Below, one piece after another: positions 51,045-63,105 of a stretch of DNA of 64,000 bases. Each line of letters begins with the position of its first letter. The first letter of the stretch is position 1. The stretch is from positions 11,594,001-11,658,000 of the forward strand of contig NC_043004.1 of NCBI RefSeq assembly GCF_006345805.1. Direction: 5' to 3'. The notes under the pieces are model-generated. The model was not told the DNA's origin. It ran no database searches and was given only the letters and a program-made list of their open reading frames with translations. The position numbers and the translations under genes are program-made. This DNA comes from Octopus sinensis. Taxonomy: Eukaryota.

Positions 51045-51455
51045 TCTTTACTCTTTATACTCTTTCGCTTGTTTCAGTCATGTGATTGTGGCCATGCTGG
51101 AGCATCGCCTTTAGTCGAGCAAATCGACCCCAAGACTTATTCTTTGGAAGCCTAGTACTTATTCTATCGGTCACTTTTGCCGAACCGCTAAGTTACGGGG
51201 ACATAAACACACCAGCATCGGTTGTCAAGCGATGTTGTGGTGGGGGGCGACAAACACAGACACACAAACATATGTACATACATACATATATATATATATG
51301 CATATATACGACAAGCTTCTTTCAGTTTCTGTCTACCAAATCCACTGACAAGGCTATAGTAGAAGACACTTGCCCAAGGTGCCACGCAGTGGGACTGAAC
51401 CTGGAACCATGTGGATCGTAAGCAAGCTACTTACCACACAGCCACTCCTACGCCT
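51045..51455 (-). mobile_element. SINE family B
   Basis: Reverse complement of the full architecture with a short internal deletion. Confidence 0.9.
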
Positions 51456-51724
51456 ATTAAATCTCCTATTAAACACTTATCAAAGTTTAAAATAAGGCTC
51501 AAATAGACAGTAGATCGATAGTAACGCCAGAATCTTTCAGATTTAGTCAACAAGAAGTGTAGTGAACCAAAAGATTCTTTTTAATTTGGCCCAAGAGCCG
51601 CAATTTTAAGATGAGAAGCAAATCGGTTACATCGACCAGAGTATTCAAGTGGTACTTATTTTATCGACCTCGAAAGGATGAAAAGGCAAAATCGATCATG
51701 GTGGAAATTAAAACGTACATATAT

Positions 51725-52990
51725 CTAAATGATAAACTTCTGGAAAGTTTTACAAATATTTACATTTCCAGTGATCAATTGGATCTTTAATCTTCGAATT
51801 AGCTTTCTCCTTTCTGGTTTTGAGAAGCTTAATTTCTCAAGATTGGTATTTAGGCAGTGTGTTACATATCCCAGGGCCCCAATAATTACTGGTATAAATC
51901 TGAACTTGTAATCGGGATAGAGTAACTTCAGATTTCTCAATAGTTCAACGTAAGTATTCTGTTTTTAACTGAACTTCAGCTTCATGTTAACATTTGCTGG
52001 GCAGCTAATTTCCACAACTGTACGCAGTTTCTCTTCTCTATCCCAAATAATTATATCAGGTCTGTTGCGCTTACATTTTATTGAGGTCTTCACTGGTACA
52101 TCCCACCAGTATTCCTTTTTGTTGAGTGGTTATGGCTTCTACCATATTGTGGGTTCTTATTTCTTTGTCCTCGGGATTATCCCTGCGACGGATTTCATTA
52201 TAGAGTGTTCTAGCTGCAACATCATGTCTCATTGGTAGACAATACCGTGTTGACATTTCGGACAACTGCTTATGATGAGGGTGATATCTTCAGTGTGAAC
52301 ACTACAAAGTCTGCATTGGTTGTCACATTTTACAGCTTTTCCTGAATCTCTATCCCTTTTGTGCATCAAGTACATGGTTGATATTTCCTGTTCCTGGATC
52401 GCAAACGCATACTTTTCAAAGTGGGAGGTAGTAATCCGGCTATTGGTCCATGATAAACTGCTTTGATGATCAATGTTACTATCATCACGGAGCTTTCTTC
52501 AAATATATCCATGCATAGTCTTCTGCTCACATAGGCTCATCCTTTCATCTGATGATATGTTGCGATAGAGTTGTGCGACTTTGGGCATGTATTCTAGGTT
52601 ATTAGACAGTGTTGCTCAAGTCTTATGATGTTATCAGCCTCAAGTATGCAAGCTTAGTAAAGGGATGCACTTCGAAACTTGGTGGTTAAAAGATGTTGCC
52701 GGAGGGATATGATGCGTCATTCAAAGGCATTTTGGATCGATATTAAGCCCCTGCCGCCTTGTTTTCGTCTTAGGTAGAGGCGGTCTACTTCACTGTTTAT
52801 GTGGAAATTATGTGTGCTTGTTAATATTTTTCCGGTTTTCACATCAATGGCTCAGATCTCATCAAGCGTGCAATCAAGCACTCCACATGTTGGTATGAGT
52901 TCTGGCACTGCAAGCACATTGTTAGCAACTGTTTTATTGAATGCAGAGTGTTCTGAGGTCCAAATTTTCTTTACTCAGCTGTAATACAAC
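51725..52990 (-). pseudogene. Decayed RLE-clade (R4-like) non-LTR retrotransposon, C-terminal part
   Basis: Minus-strand fragments NKTVANNVLAVP, HINSEVDRLYLRRKQGGRGL, FEKYAFAIQEQEI, CRLCSVHTEDITLIISSC (zinc-knuckle position), RHDVAAR, RPDIIIWD, EISCP, IPVIIGALG. Confidence 0.8.
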
Positions 52991-54079
52991 AGACATTTTT
53001 CAGTTTCCACCTACTAAATCATCTACAAGGCTTCAGTTGGTGTCCGAAGCTATAGCAAAAGAAATTTGCACAGAGAGCCACACCGTCAGTCTGAATCTGG
53101 GACCATGTGATTGGGAAGCAAATTTCGTACAACATAACAGGTGTTACCTGTCCCCATTTTCTTCACCTTCTTTTTCTTTCCTTCACCCTCTTCCCAAACC
53201 ACAAGTATAATGCCAATATAAGATATCTCTAACAAATGACATAACCGGAAAGTTAGGCACTTGCTCTTCAAAGTAAACCAGGCCCTGATAAAGACAGACA
53301 GAGGCCCTAAGCACTTGTAAGATTTTGGTGCCCCCATATATAAGTAATTCAAAATATAAAGCATCATAAACCATAAAATAAATTTGTATTTTTCAAGCCC
53401 AAGAAGAAGATGGAAAATTATGTTTAATTTGTCTATTTCCACTTTATTTATACTTGAAAAGTTTTTTCCTACGCCTTTTCTTAATTACAATGTCTTTGAT
53501 CAGATACTTGCTATGACACATCGAAATTATATTTCCCGTCATATAAACCACTTCACATATCACTTTAGCAAAATTTAAATGGTTTCTTTTGTGCCGTAGA
53601 CCATTTACCATTTCTGCGGTACCCCCAATTTCCCTTGATGTTTTTAAACACGTACTTATTTAGCTTAATGGTTAATCTAGCGCTGAGGTAAACCAATGTA
53701 TTCCACTTACTAACATAGTTATATTCGCTAATAGCTGACACAGACCTCTACAAATTTGTTTCCTCAAATTTCTACAGCGAGACCAGCTCTGAAGATATAA
53801 ACAAGAAAATGTGAAGTTTCATAGGAAGTAATAATATAATACATCTTGACAGAAAAAAACAAAACAAAAACGTGTTATACCGTAAGTTTACGACCTTTTA
53901 ATGTGTGAGAAACCTTGGATGCTTCTTGTGTACAAATAATTAAATAACACATTGAAAATATTTCTCATACAGACACCCTATCGAATGTCAGATATTAATG
54001 AATCTGGGTAATAGTTAGAAAAGAGAGGAGGAGTAATGGAGAAAAGGTGAGGGTGGGGAGAAAGCGTATATGTGTGAGC

Positions 54080-54103
54080 GTGTATGTATGTGCGTTTGTT
54101 CAG

Positions 54104-54169
<66 letters not shown>

Positions 54170-54330
54170 TGCATGTATGCATGTATGTATGTATGTATGT
54201 ATGTATGTATGTATGTATATATGTATGTATGTATGTATGTGTATATATATATATATACACACACACACATATATAGAAATGTATCCACACATGAATATAT
54301 TTAGTTTTGTATGTGTGTATATATATATGT

Positions 54331-54383
<53 letters not shown>

Positions 54384-54395
54384 CATACATATACG

Positions 54396-54451
<56 letters not shown>

Positions 54452-54521
54452 GTGCTATTAGTTAGACATGGCCTGGGCCAATAATGGCCGAAACCTATCA
54501 AAGTATCAAAGTATATATATG

Positions 54522-54555
<34 letters not shown>

Positions 54556-54576
54556 ATATATATATATATACGCATA

Positions 54577-54619
<43 letters not shown>

Positions 54620-54696
54620 CCACATACATATATGGACATGTATATACGTGTGTGTATGTGTCTAAAAAACATTATGTATATATGTATATTATATAT

Positions 54697-54760
<64 letters not shown>

Positions 54761-54830
54761 TAAATATATAATATATATAGATATAATGTGTTTATACGCA
54801 TGTGTGGTTATATATGTATATATATAGAGA
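54080..54830. repeat. (TA)n/(TATG)n/(TG)n microsatellite field
   Basis: Direct reading; source of the YI/VC ORFs. Confidence 0.95.
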
Positions 54831-55014
54831 GAGAGGGGGGTGACAGAGTGATGGACAGAATGAAAGTGAGGAAAATGAAGGTGTACCGAATAAGTACTCG
54901 ATACTCCCGTAAATATATTATTTTGCACTCAGATTTTTTTAATGAGAATCCAAGTTAATTTCGCGAGCAGCAAAAAATAAAAAAAGGACCCTAGGTGGTG
55001 TTCATATTCATTGC

Positions 55015-55476
55015 TATTATTATTACTATTTATCATTAATAACTCTCATCATCATCATCATGGTCATCATTATCATCGTCATCATCATCGCCATCATCGT
55101 CATCATCATCATCATCGTCGTCGTCGTCGTCGTCGTCATCGTCGCGCCGTCGTCTTCCTCGTTTTACGTCGTTGCTATTGTCAAACGATATCGTCATTAT
55201 CATCATCATCATCATCTCCGTGAGTTATCGATCATCATCGCCATCAACTTTATGTGTTATTCACTCTAAAATCCTCCTCCCCTCCTCATCATCATCATTA
55301 TCACCAACAACAACAACAACGGCACTACCGCCGCCGACGCTACCACCACCACTACCATCCTCATCATCATCACCAACATCATCATCATCATCATCATCGT
55401 CAATATCATCATCATCATCACCACCACCGCCGCCACTACTTCCACTCATCATCATCACCAACATCATCATCACCAA

Positions 55477-55519
<43 letters not shown>

Positions 55520-55770
55520 TTCATCGTCATAATCATCGTCAATATCATCATCATCATCACCACCGCCGCCGCTGCCGCCGCAACCACCACCACTATCATC
55601 ATCATCATTTTCATCATCACCACCACCACCACCACAACAACATCAACATCATCATCATCACCACCACCACCATCACCATCATCATCATTATCATCATCCC
55701 CACCACCACCAGCACCACCGTCACCACTACCACCACCACCACCACCACCACACACCAGCTCCACCACCAT
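55015..55770. repeat. Mosaic trinucleotide repeat (CAT/CGT/CAA/CAC/CCG blocks)
   Basis: Direct reading; yields poly-His/Ser/Ile/Pro/Thr ORFs in all frames. Confidence 0.92.
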
Positions 55771-55879
55771 CATGACAAAATGCTTAGCTGCATTTCGTGC
55801 GCCATTACGTTCCTGATGTCAAATTCTACCGAGTTTGAATTTGCCCTTCATCCTTTCAAGGTTGATAATTACGATTATT

Positions 55880-56445
55880 GATGATGTTCGTTCCCATTCC
55901 TTGTTGAATTTATGTGGGTAGTAGGTTACTTCCTGTAACACCAGGTATCCACCAGCTTTCAATGATCTTTGAAAAACGCTTAAAACCCTCTTGATAAACT
56001 TTCCCGTCCTTAAGAGACAAAATTTCTGTAGAAATTCTTTTCCAAATGTCCGTGAACCATGTGTCAATATATTTAGTCATACCTCCCGAATGCTCCTATT
56101 ATTACAGTTTTCTCACTTCAAATTCTTGCAGTTTCAAATTTTAAAGGTTTGTATTGTTTCAATTTTTTTCATTGCCTTTCATTACAGTCGTGCAATCAAA
56201 CGAACACGAAGGATCAATTATTAAGCAACTTCGATCTTGCTTATCAATTATTGTTATGCCCGGTTTATTATTTTCTAACTTTATATCTGTTTGAATTAGT
56301 AAGTCCCTCAGAAGTTTCGCCTTTCTCTGACTCCTGCACTCTTTCGACCCGATGATCATATCAGCTTTAGACCTCTATTTCTGATAAAAGCTTCCAGTAT
56401 AAAACTCTTACAACTTGGTCATGCCTCCATTTATGAAATTCTTCC
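55880..56445 (-). pseudogene. 3' fragment of another RLE-clade retrotransposon
   Basis: IQTDIKLENNKPGITIIDKQDRSCLIIDPSC (cf. TD..I..NRPDI...D....C.IIDV..P) and WKEFLQKFCLLRTGKFIKRVL (cf. QK.ALLGTA.ILR..L). Confidence 0.65.
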
Positions 56446-56451
56446 CTGGGT

Positions 56452-56878
56452 CATACTCTCTTTTACTCTTTTACTCTTTTTCTTGTTTCAGCCATTTGAC
56501 TGTGGCCATGTTGGAGCACTGCCTTTAGTCGAGCAAATCGACCCCGGGACTTATTCTTTGTAAGCCCAGTACTTATTCTCTTTTGCCGAAACACTAAGTG
56601 ACGGGGACGTAAACACACCAGCATCGGTTGTCAAGCAATACTAGGGGGACAAACACAGACACACAAACATATACACACACACCTATATATATACATATAT
56701 ATACATATATACGACAGGCTTCTTTCAGTTTCCGTCTACCAAATCCACTCACAAGGCATTGGTCGGCCCGGGGCTATAGCAGAAGACACTTGCCCAGGAT
56801 GCCACGCAGTGGGACTGAACCCGGAACGATGTGGTTGGTTGGCAAGCTACTTACCACACAGCCACTCCTGCGCCTATG
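56452..56878 (-). mobile_element. SINE family B, young full-length copy
   Basis: Reverse complement of the full architecture. Confidence 0.92.
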
Positions 56879-57125
56879 TCTCATCTTGAGACATTCTGCA
56901 ACAAAGTCTTTCACTGTCTCATTTCTAATTCCTCAGACTCTGCATTTTACAGACACCTCCCAATATACTTTATTTCTCAAGTGGTTTGTTTTTACCTCCT
57001 CATCTTGAGATTTTGTTCACTGTTCTCAGGGCTCCGACAATTATTGGTACTACTGCTACCTTTTTCATCTACACAACTGCTTATGTTATCATTATCATTA
57101 TTATTATTATATTATTATTATTATT

Positions 57126-60120
57126 CAGTAGTTTTATTTTTATAGCGTGCTTTCACTTCACTACCGAGCGCAGCTCTGTGTGCCTTGGGTATGTGCTGTG
57201 ATTTGTTGTGATGCTCTGATGGTTATTGTATGGAAAGTGTTCTGCGTAGGATGTGTGCAGTGCCTAGTAGTGCAATTTTCTGTATGTTATATGTGTTTGT
57301 AAGTCCTGGTGTTTTTGTTATGTATTTGTCTGAATATTTTTTATCATGCCTAATGCACCTACTATGATAGGAATTGTTTCTGTTTTCAGGTTCCACATTC
57401 TAGTTACCTCTATTTCCAGGTCTTTGTATTTTGAGAGTTTCTCCATTTCTTTTAGAGACACGTTGTCATCTGCCGGTATTGATACATCAATTAGAAAGCA
57501 TTTTTTTTCTTCATGATCTCTGACAACTATATCTGGTCTGTTGGCCTTAATTTCTCTATCTGTGTGTATCGGCATATCCCAGAGTATGGTTGCTTTCTCG
57601 TTTTCTGTGACCTTTTCTGGTGTGTGCCTATACCATCTTTTTTCTGTTGTTATTCCATAATGTTGGCATAGCTTCCAATGTATGTAGGTTCCAACTCTGT
57701 CATGTCTGTGAATATATTCCTTCTTAGCCAGGACTGGGCAGCTAGAGATAATATGATTTATTGTTTCTTGTCCATCTCCACATATTCTGCAGTTACTTGT
57801 AATATTTCTTTTCATTACATGTTTTTGGTAATTTCTGGTGGGGAGGCTTTGGTCTTGTGCTGCAATTAAAAATCCCTCTGTTTCTGCTTTGAGTCCTGAG
57901 CTTCTCAACCATTGCTGGGATTTTTCTTTGTCTATTTCTTTTGCGTTTAGTTTAGTGCAGTATTTACCATGAGGGGGTTTTTCTTGCCATCGTTTTACCA
58001 TGGCTCGTTGCTGTTCTATTTTTAGTTTGGATTTCATTTGTTTTATAGCTTTTGTTGTTTCTTCATCATCTTCTTCTTTTTCTTTGTGTTTATTAGGTGG
58101 TATGATTTCTTGTTTGTATTTGTCAGCTTCCTTAAATACTGAGAACAGTTTTTTGTTTTGCTCGTGTTTTGCTGCTATCTGGATCAGTTTTCCTTCCTTC
58201 TGAAGTAGGTATTTTTGCAGTCCTATGGTGGTTATTTTATAGTAGTTTTCCAGCTGTATAAGGCCTCTACCACCTTCTATACGTTGTATATATAGTCTTT
58301 CTATGTCAGATTTTGGGTGATGCATCCTAGATCCTGTCAGTATTTTTCTTGTTTTCCTATCTATTTTGGACAGTTCATTTCGTGTCCAGTTAAGGATATT
58401 GTAGCTGTAACTTATAACTGGGACAGCTAAAGTGTTGATACCTATTATCTTGTTTTTAGCATTGAGCTCTGTGTTTAGTATTGATCTAACTCGTCTATAA
58501 TATTCTTTTTTTATTTTCTCTTTCATTTGTGGTGTGTTGTGTCTTATCTAGTTCATGGATTCCTAAGTATTTGTAAGTTTGGCTTTGGTCTAATTCTTTT
58601 ATTTCATTGGTTTTATCTAGTGTGATGTTGTTACTCTTAACTAGTTTTCCTCTTTTCATGGTTACTTTGGCGCATTTTTCTAATCCAAATTTCATATCTA
58701 TTTCTTTGGTAAATCCATGAACTGTCTTTAATAGTGTTTCCAGCTGTTTGTCATTTGCAGCGTATAGTTTTAGGTCATCCATATATAAAAGGTGGCTGAT
58801 CGTTTTGCCGTAACATTTATATCCGCATCCAGTTCTATTTAGCATATCAGATAGAGGTGACAGTGCCAAGCAGAAAAGGAGTGGAGAGAGCGTGTCTCCC
58901 TGGAATATTCCTCTTCTAATGGGGATGTCTTTGGTTTTCATGAGTCCCTCTTTTGTTTGGAGGTGTAGGACTGTTTGCCATTTATTCATAGAGTGCTCTA
59001 TGAATTTTATGATTGTTGGTGCTACTTTGTTAATGGCTAGTGTTTCGAGGATCCATGTGTGGGGATGCTATCAAACGCCTTTTTGTAGTCAATCCAGGCC
59101 ATACTGAGGCCTTTCTTCTTTCTGTGGCTGTCTTCAGTTACGGCTTTATTAATCATTAGTTGATCTTTACAGCCATATGAGCCCTTGCGGCATCCTTTCT
59201 GCTCTTCTGGGAACAGTTTGTTTTCGTCCAGGTGCTTGTTCAGCCTTTGCGATATCACTGCAGTAAATGCCTTGAACATAGTAGGGAGACAGGTTATTGG
59301 TCTGTAGTTTTCTGGTTTTGTTGTTTCATTTGATTTGAGAATTAAGACGGTTTTCCCCTTCGTGAGCCATTCAGGCATTGTCTCTGGCTCTGCTAGTATG
59401 CTGTTAAAGTTTTCAGCCAGCTTTTTGTGCATTCCTGTTAGATATTTCAACCAGAAGTTGGGGATCTTGTCATGCCCAGGTGCCTTCCAGTTGCTTAGTT
59501 TTTGCAGTGCCTGGGTGACCTCTTCAGTTGTTATGGGGGTCCAAAGTTGTTCAGATGCCGAGTTTGTTATTTTCATACTCCTTTTTTTTGGCTGTTCGTT
59601 CGCCGACCATATTTCTTTCCAGAAATCTTCCAATTCTTCTGCCGTTGGTGCTGCAGTGACTTCTATTTTATTTTTGCCCAGTTCTTGGTAGAACTTTTTG
59701 GGGTCGGAGTTGAACTTTTTGTTTTGTTCAAAGAAGCGTTGGCGTTTCTCGTACCGGCGGATCCTTTGAGCTTTGGCAAGGATATCTTGCTTCAGCTTTT
59801 CTTTTATCTCCGGCAAATCTTTTTCTGTGATGTTATATTTGCGGAGCATTTTTGTTCTCTTTTTGTTGCTCAGTAGCGTTGCTTGTTCGCTGATTTCATT
59901 AAGAATCGACAAGTCTTTTCTAATTTTTTTTATTTTGTTTTGGATGTTATTTATCCACAGGGTTTGTTTGGGTGGTGGTACTCCTGTTTGGGCGGGTTTG
60001 GGTGAGTATCCAGCTTCTTTTGTGGCTGCAGTGGCTGCTGCGTATATCAAGTCATTTAGTTCAGTGATATCACTTTTTTTTGTTTCAGTGGCTAGTTCAG
60101 TGACGGCTAGGTTTATGTTG
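57126..60120 (-). mobile_element. 5'-truncated R4/Dong-like non-LTR retrotransposon (RT + CCHC + restriction-like endonuclease) inserted in (TAA)n
   Basis: Flanked by TAA tracts on both sides (57087-57125 and 60122-60278); ~100-nt 3' UTR ending ACTACTG-AATAATAAT; see the ORF entry. Confidence 0.93.
57223..60120 (-). pseudogene. RT-RLE ORF broken by three single-base indels, no premature stops seen
   Basis: NYRPITCLPTMFK, WIDYKKAFDSIP, GIFQGDTLSPLLF, HLLYMDDLKLY, YKYLG, CRICGDGQETINHIISSC, RHD, RPDIVV, DVSIP, EKLSKYKDL; the corrected C-terminus reads QKIALLGTAHILRRTLSIQ with the stop at 57223-57225. Confidence 0.92.
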
Positions 60121-60194
<74 letters not shown>

Positions 60195-60226
60195 CATCAT
60201 CATCATCATTATTATTATTATTATTA

Positions 60227-60278
<52 letters not shown>

Positions 60279-61500
60279 AGGCGGCGAGCTGGCAGAAAAG
60301 TTAGCACGCTAGGCGAAATGCGTAGCAGTATTTTGTCTGCCGTTACGTTCTGAGTTCAAATTCCGCCGAGGTCGACTTTGCCGTTCATCCTTTCGGGGTC
60401 GATTAAATAAGTACCAGTTACATATTGGAGTCAATATAATCGACTTAATCCGTTTGTCTGTCCTTGTTTGTCCCCTCTGTGTTTAGCCCCTTGAGGGTAG
60501 TAAAGAAATAGGTATTTCGTCTGCTGTTACGTTCTGAGCTCAAATTCCGCCGAGGTCGACTTTGCCTTTCATCCCTTCGGGGTCGATTAAATAAGTACTA
60601 GTTACGCACTGGGGTCGATGTAATCGACTTAATCCCTTTGTCTGTCCTTGTTTGTCCCCTCTGTTTTAGCCCCTTGAGGGTAGTAAAGAAATAGGTATTT
60701 CGTCTGCTGTTACGTTCTGAGTTCAAATTCCGCCGAGGTCGACTTTGCCGTTCATCCTTTCGGGGTCGATTAAATAAGTACTAGTTACGCACTGGGGTCG
60801 ATGTAATCGACTTAATCCCTTTGTCTGTCCTTGTTTGTCCCCTCTGTCCCTGGTGTTTAGCCCCTTGAGGGTCGTTAAAGAAATAGGATCTTTTCGTCTG
60901 CTGTTACGTTCTGAGTTCAAATTCCGATTCCGCCGAGGTCGACTTTGCCGTTCATCCCTTCGGGGTCGATTAAATAAGTTCTAGTTACGCACTGGGGTCG
61001 ATGTAATCGACTTAATCCCTTTGTCTGTCCGTGTTTGTCCCCTCTGTGTTTAGCCCCTTGAGGGTAGTAAAGAAATAGGTATTTCGTCTGCTGTTACGTT
61101 CTGAGTTCAAATTCCGCCGAGGTCGACTTTGCCGTTCATCCTTTCGGGGTCGATTAAATAAGTACTAGTTACGCACTGGGGTCGATGTAATCGACTTAAT
61201 CCCTTTGTCTGTCCTTGTTTGTCCCCTCTGTGTTTAGCCCCTTGAGGGTAGTAAAGAAATAGGTATTTCGTCTGCTGTTACGTTCTGAGTTCAAATTCCG
61301 CCGAGGTCGACTTTGCCGTTCATCCTTTCGGGGTCGATTAAATAAGTACTAGTTACGCACTGGGGTCGATGTAATCGACTTAATCCCTTTGTCTGTCCTT
61401 GTTTGTCCCCTCTGTGTTTAGCCCCTTGAGGGTAGTAAAGAAATAGGTATTTCGTCTGTCCTTACGTTCTGAATTCAAATTCTGCCGAGGTTGACTATCA
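60279..61500 (+). repeat. Tandem array of SINE family A bodies: one head, six full ~184-bp units and a partial seventh
   Basis: Unit starts at 61086, 61270 and 61454 (184-bp period); units 5 and 6 are identical by eye; all six share CTTGAGGGT rather than the CTTGTGGG of the dispersed copies. Confidence 0.95.
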
Positions 61501-61518
61501 TTATCATTATTATCATTA

Positions 61519-61572
<54 letters not shown>

Positions 61573-61573
<1 letters not shown>

Positions 61574-62169
61574 GAGTGAGAGAGAGCAGTTCATGCCATC
61601 AAAGTGACACTGGAGTAAAATATACGAAGCCCAGTATACCCATCATGACTACCCATCCGATAAAAGTACACCAGGCACATGCATCACAACCATATGTGCG
61701 CGACATGGTGATCTCATATCAAGATAAACAGCATATGACCTTGCAGGTGGGACCCAGTTAGAATTTTCTTCTGGTCGAGTAACCCATCCCGCTCAAAAGG
61801 TCCCTGATTAAGGGTTGTTTAAGGATGTTGAACGAAACACCCACGTTTTCAGAGGCGAATTATTCAGACCCCAAAGAATCCCTCTCAACACATGGCTATG
61901 ATGCTCCCCCACTACTTCTGCTCGTGATCAGAGATGCACATATCGTCAGCCACTAAGGAACATGCTCAACTGGTTAAGGTCAAACAACTGACAAGCAAAT
62001 CTGTGGTATTGAGCAGAATATTTGCTGTAGCCCATCTTTTATACCAAGACAAAACAATGTACATGATAACACTTCCAATCAGTTAAGATCAGAAGCCACG
62101 AGAGCCACTGCCTGACACTGCAATAGGGCATTTAGGTACTGTATCAGGGCATTGGTTCTGCATCAGGTC

Positions 62170-62172
<3 letters not shown>
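61573..62172 (-). mobile_element. ~600-bp non-coding element flanked on both sides by (TAA)n
   Basis: Complex sequence with sharp boundaries against TAA tracts; no long ORF, TIR or clear pol III boxes; same polarity relative to the TAA strand as the Dong-like element. Confidence 0.55.
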
Positions 62173-62223
<51 letters not shown>

Positions 62224-62240
62224 CATTATTATTATTATTA

Positions 62241-62296
<56 letters not shown>

Positions 62297-62336
62297 GTTA
62301 TTATTGTTATTATTATTATTGTTATTATTGTTGTTA

Positions 62337-62373
<37 letters not shown>

Positions 62374-62390
62374 CATTATTATTATTATTA

Positions 62391-62474
<84 letters not shown>

Positions 62475-62540
62475 TTGTTGTTGTTGTCGTTGTTGTTGTT
62501 ATTATTATTATTACTGACGCGTCACCGTCGTCGTCGTCAG
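62173..62540. repeat. (ATT)n/(ATC)n/(GTT)n microsatellite
   Basis: Direct reading. Confidence 0.95.
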
Positions 62541-62698
62541 TGTAATATCTTGTTTTTGTTGCTGTAATTTTTCATAGCCTTTTTCTTTCTTCTTTTCTTT
62601 GCGTTGTTCTTAATAAATGATAAATTACAGCGAATTCCTTGTCCAGTTCACTTTCCTTTCCCTTTTTTTATTTTATTTTCCTCACTTCCCCTCCTCAG

Positions 62699-62767
62699 CA
62701 CGACCGACCGAAAATGACGTCAAGAATGCAAATCAGCTGGAATACCAACTCTTACCTGATAATAAAA
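62699..62767 (+). CDS. Candidate 69-nt internal coding exon of an unidentified host gene
   Basis: Long polypyrimidine tract ending CCTCCTCAG, donor AAA|GTAAGA, length divisible by 3, open in phase 1 (xRPTENDVKNANQLEYQLLPDNK) and phase 0; no homology recognised. Confidence 0.4.
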
Positions 62768-63105
62768 GTAAGATTTACGGCACTAGAACTAATGACATTT
62801 TTTTTTATTTGTTTTTACTGTTATATTTTTGTTTCTATTTTTGTTGAAATTCTGAGGGGGTAGAGTGGTGGTGGTGGGGGTGGTGATGTGAGTTGTTTGC
62901 CTTTGTTTTGTTGTTGTTTTTAGTTTGTTTTTCCGCAGCAAAGAATTTTAATAAATGTTTTCGGTGGATTATTGGTTGGCAGGATATGAGGGTGGGTGTG
63001 ATTTGGTGGGGAGGAGATGGGTGTGACTGGAAGGGTGAGAGAGGGGCAAACGGCAACGTGCATAGAAGCAAAAGAAAAGGATATGAAAATCGTTAGAAAC
63101 AGAGG

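Noticed and set aside
55011-55816. Poly-His/Ser/Pro/Ile ORFs (and the similar YI, IYLS, poly-K, poly-L ORFs throughout the window)
   Set aside because: These are direct translations of di-, tri- and tetranucleotide microsatellites, with no coding or splicing evidence.
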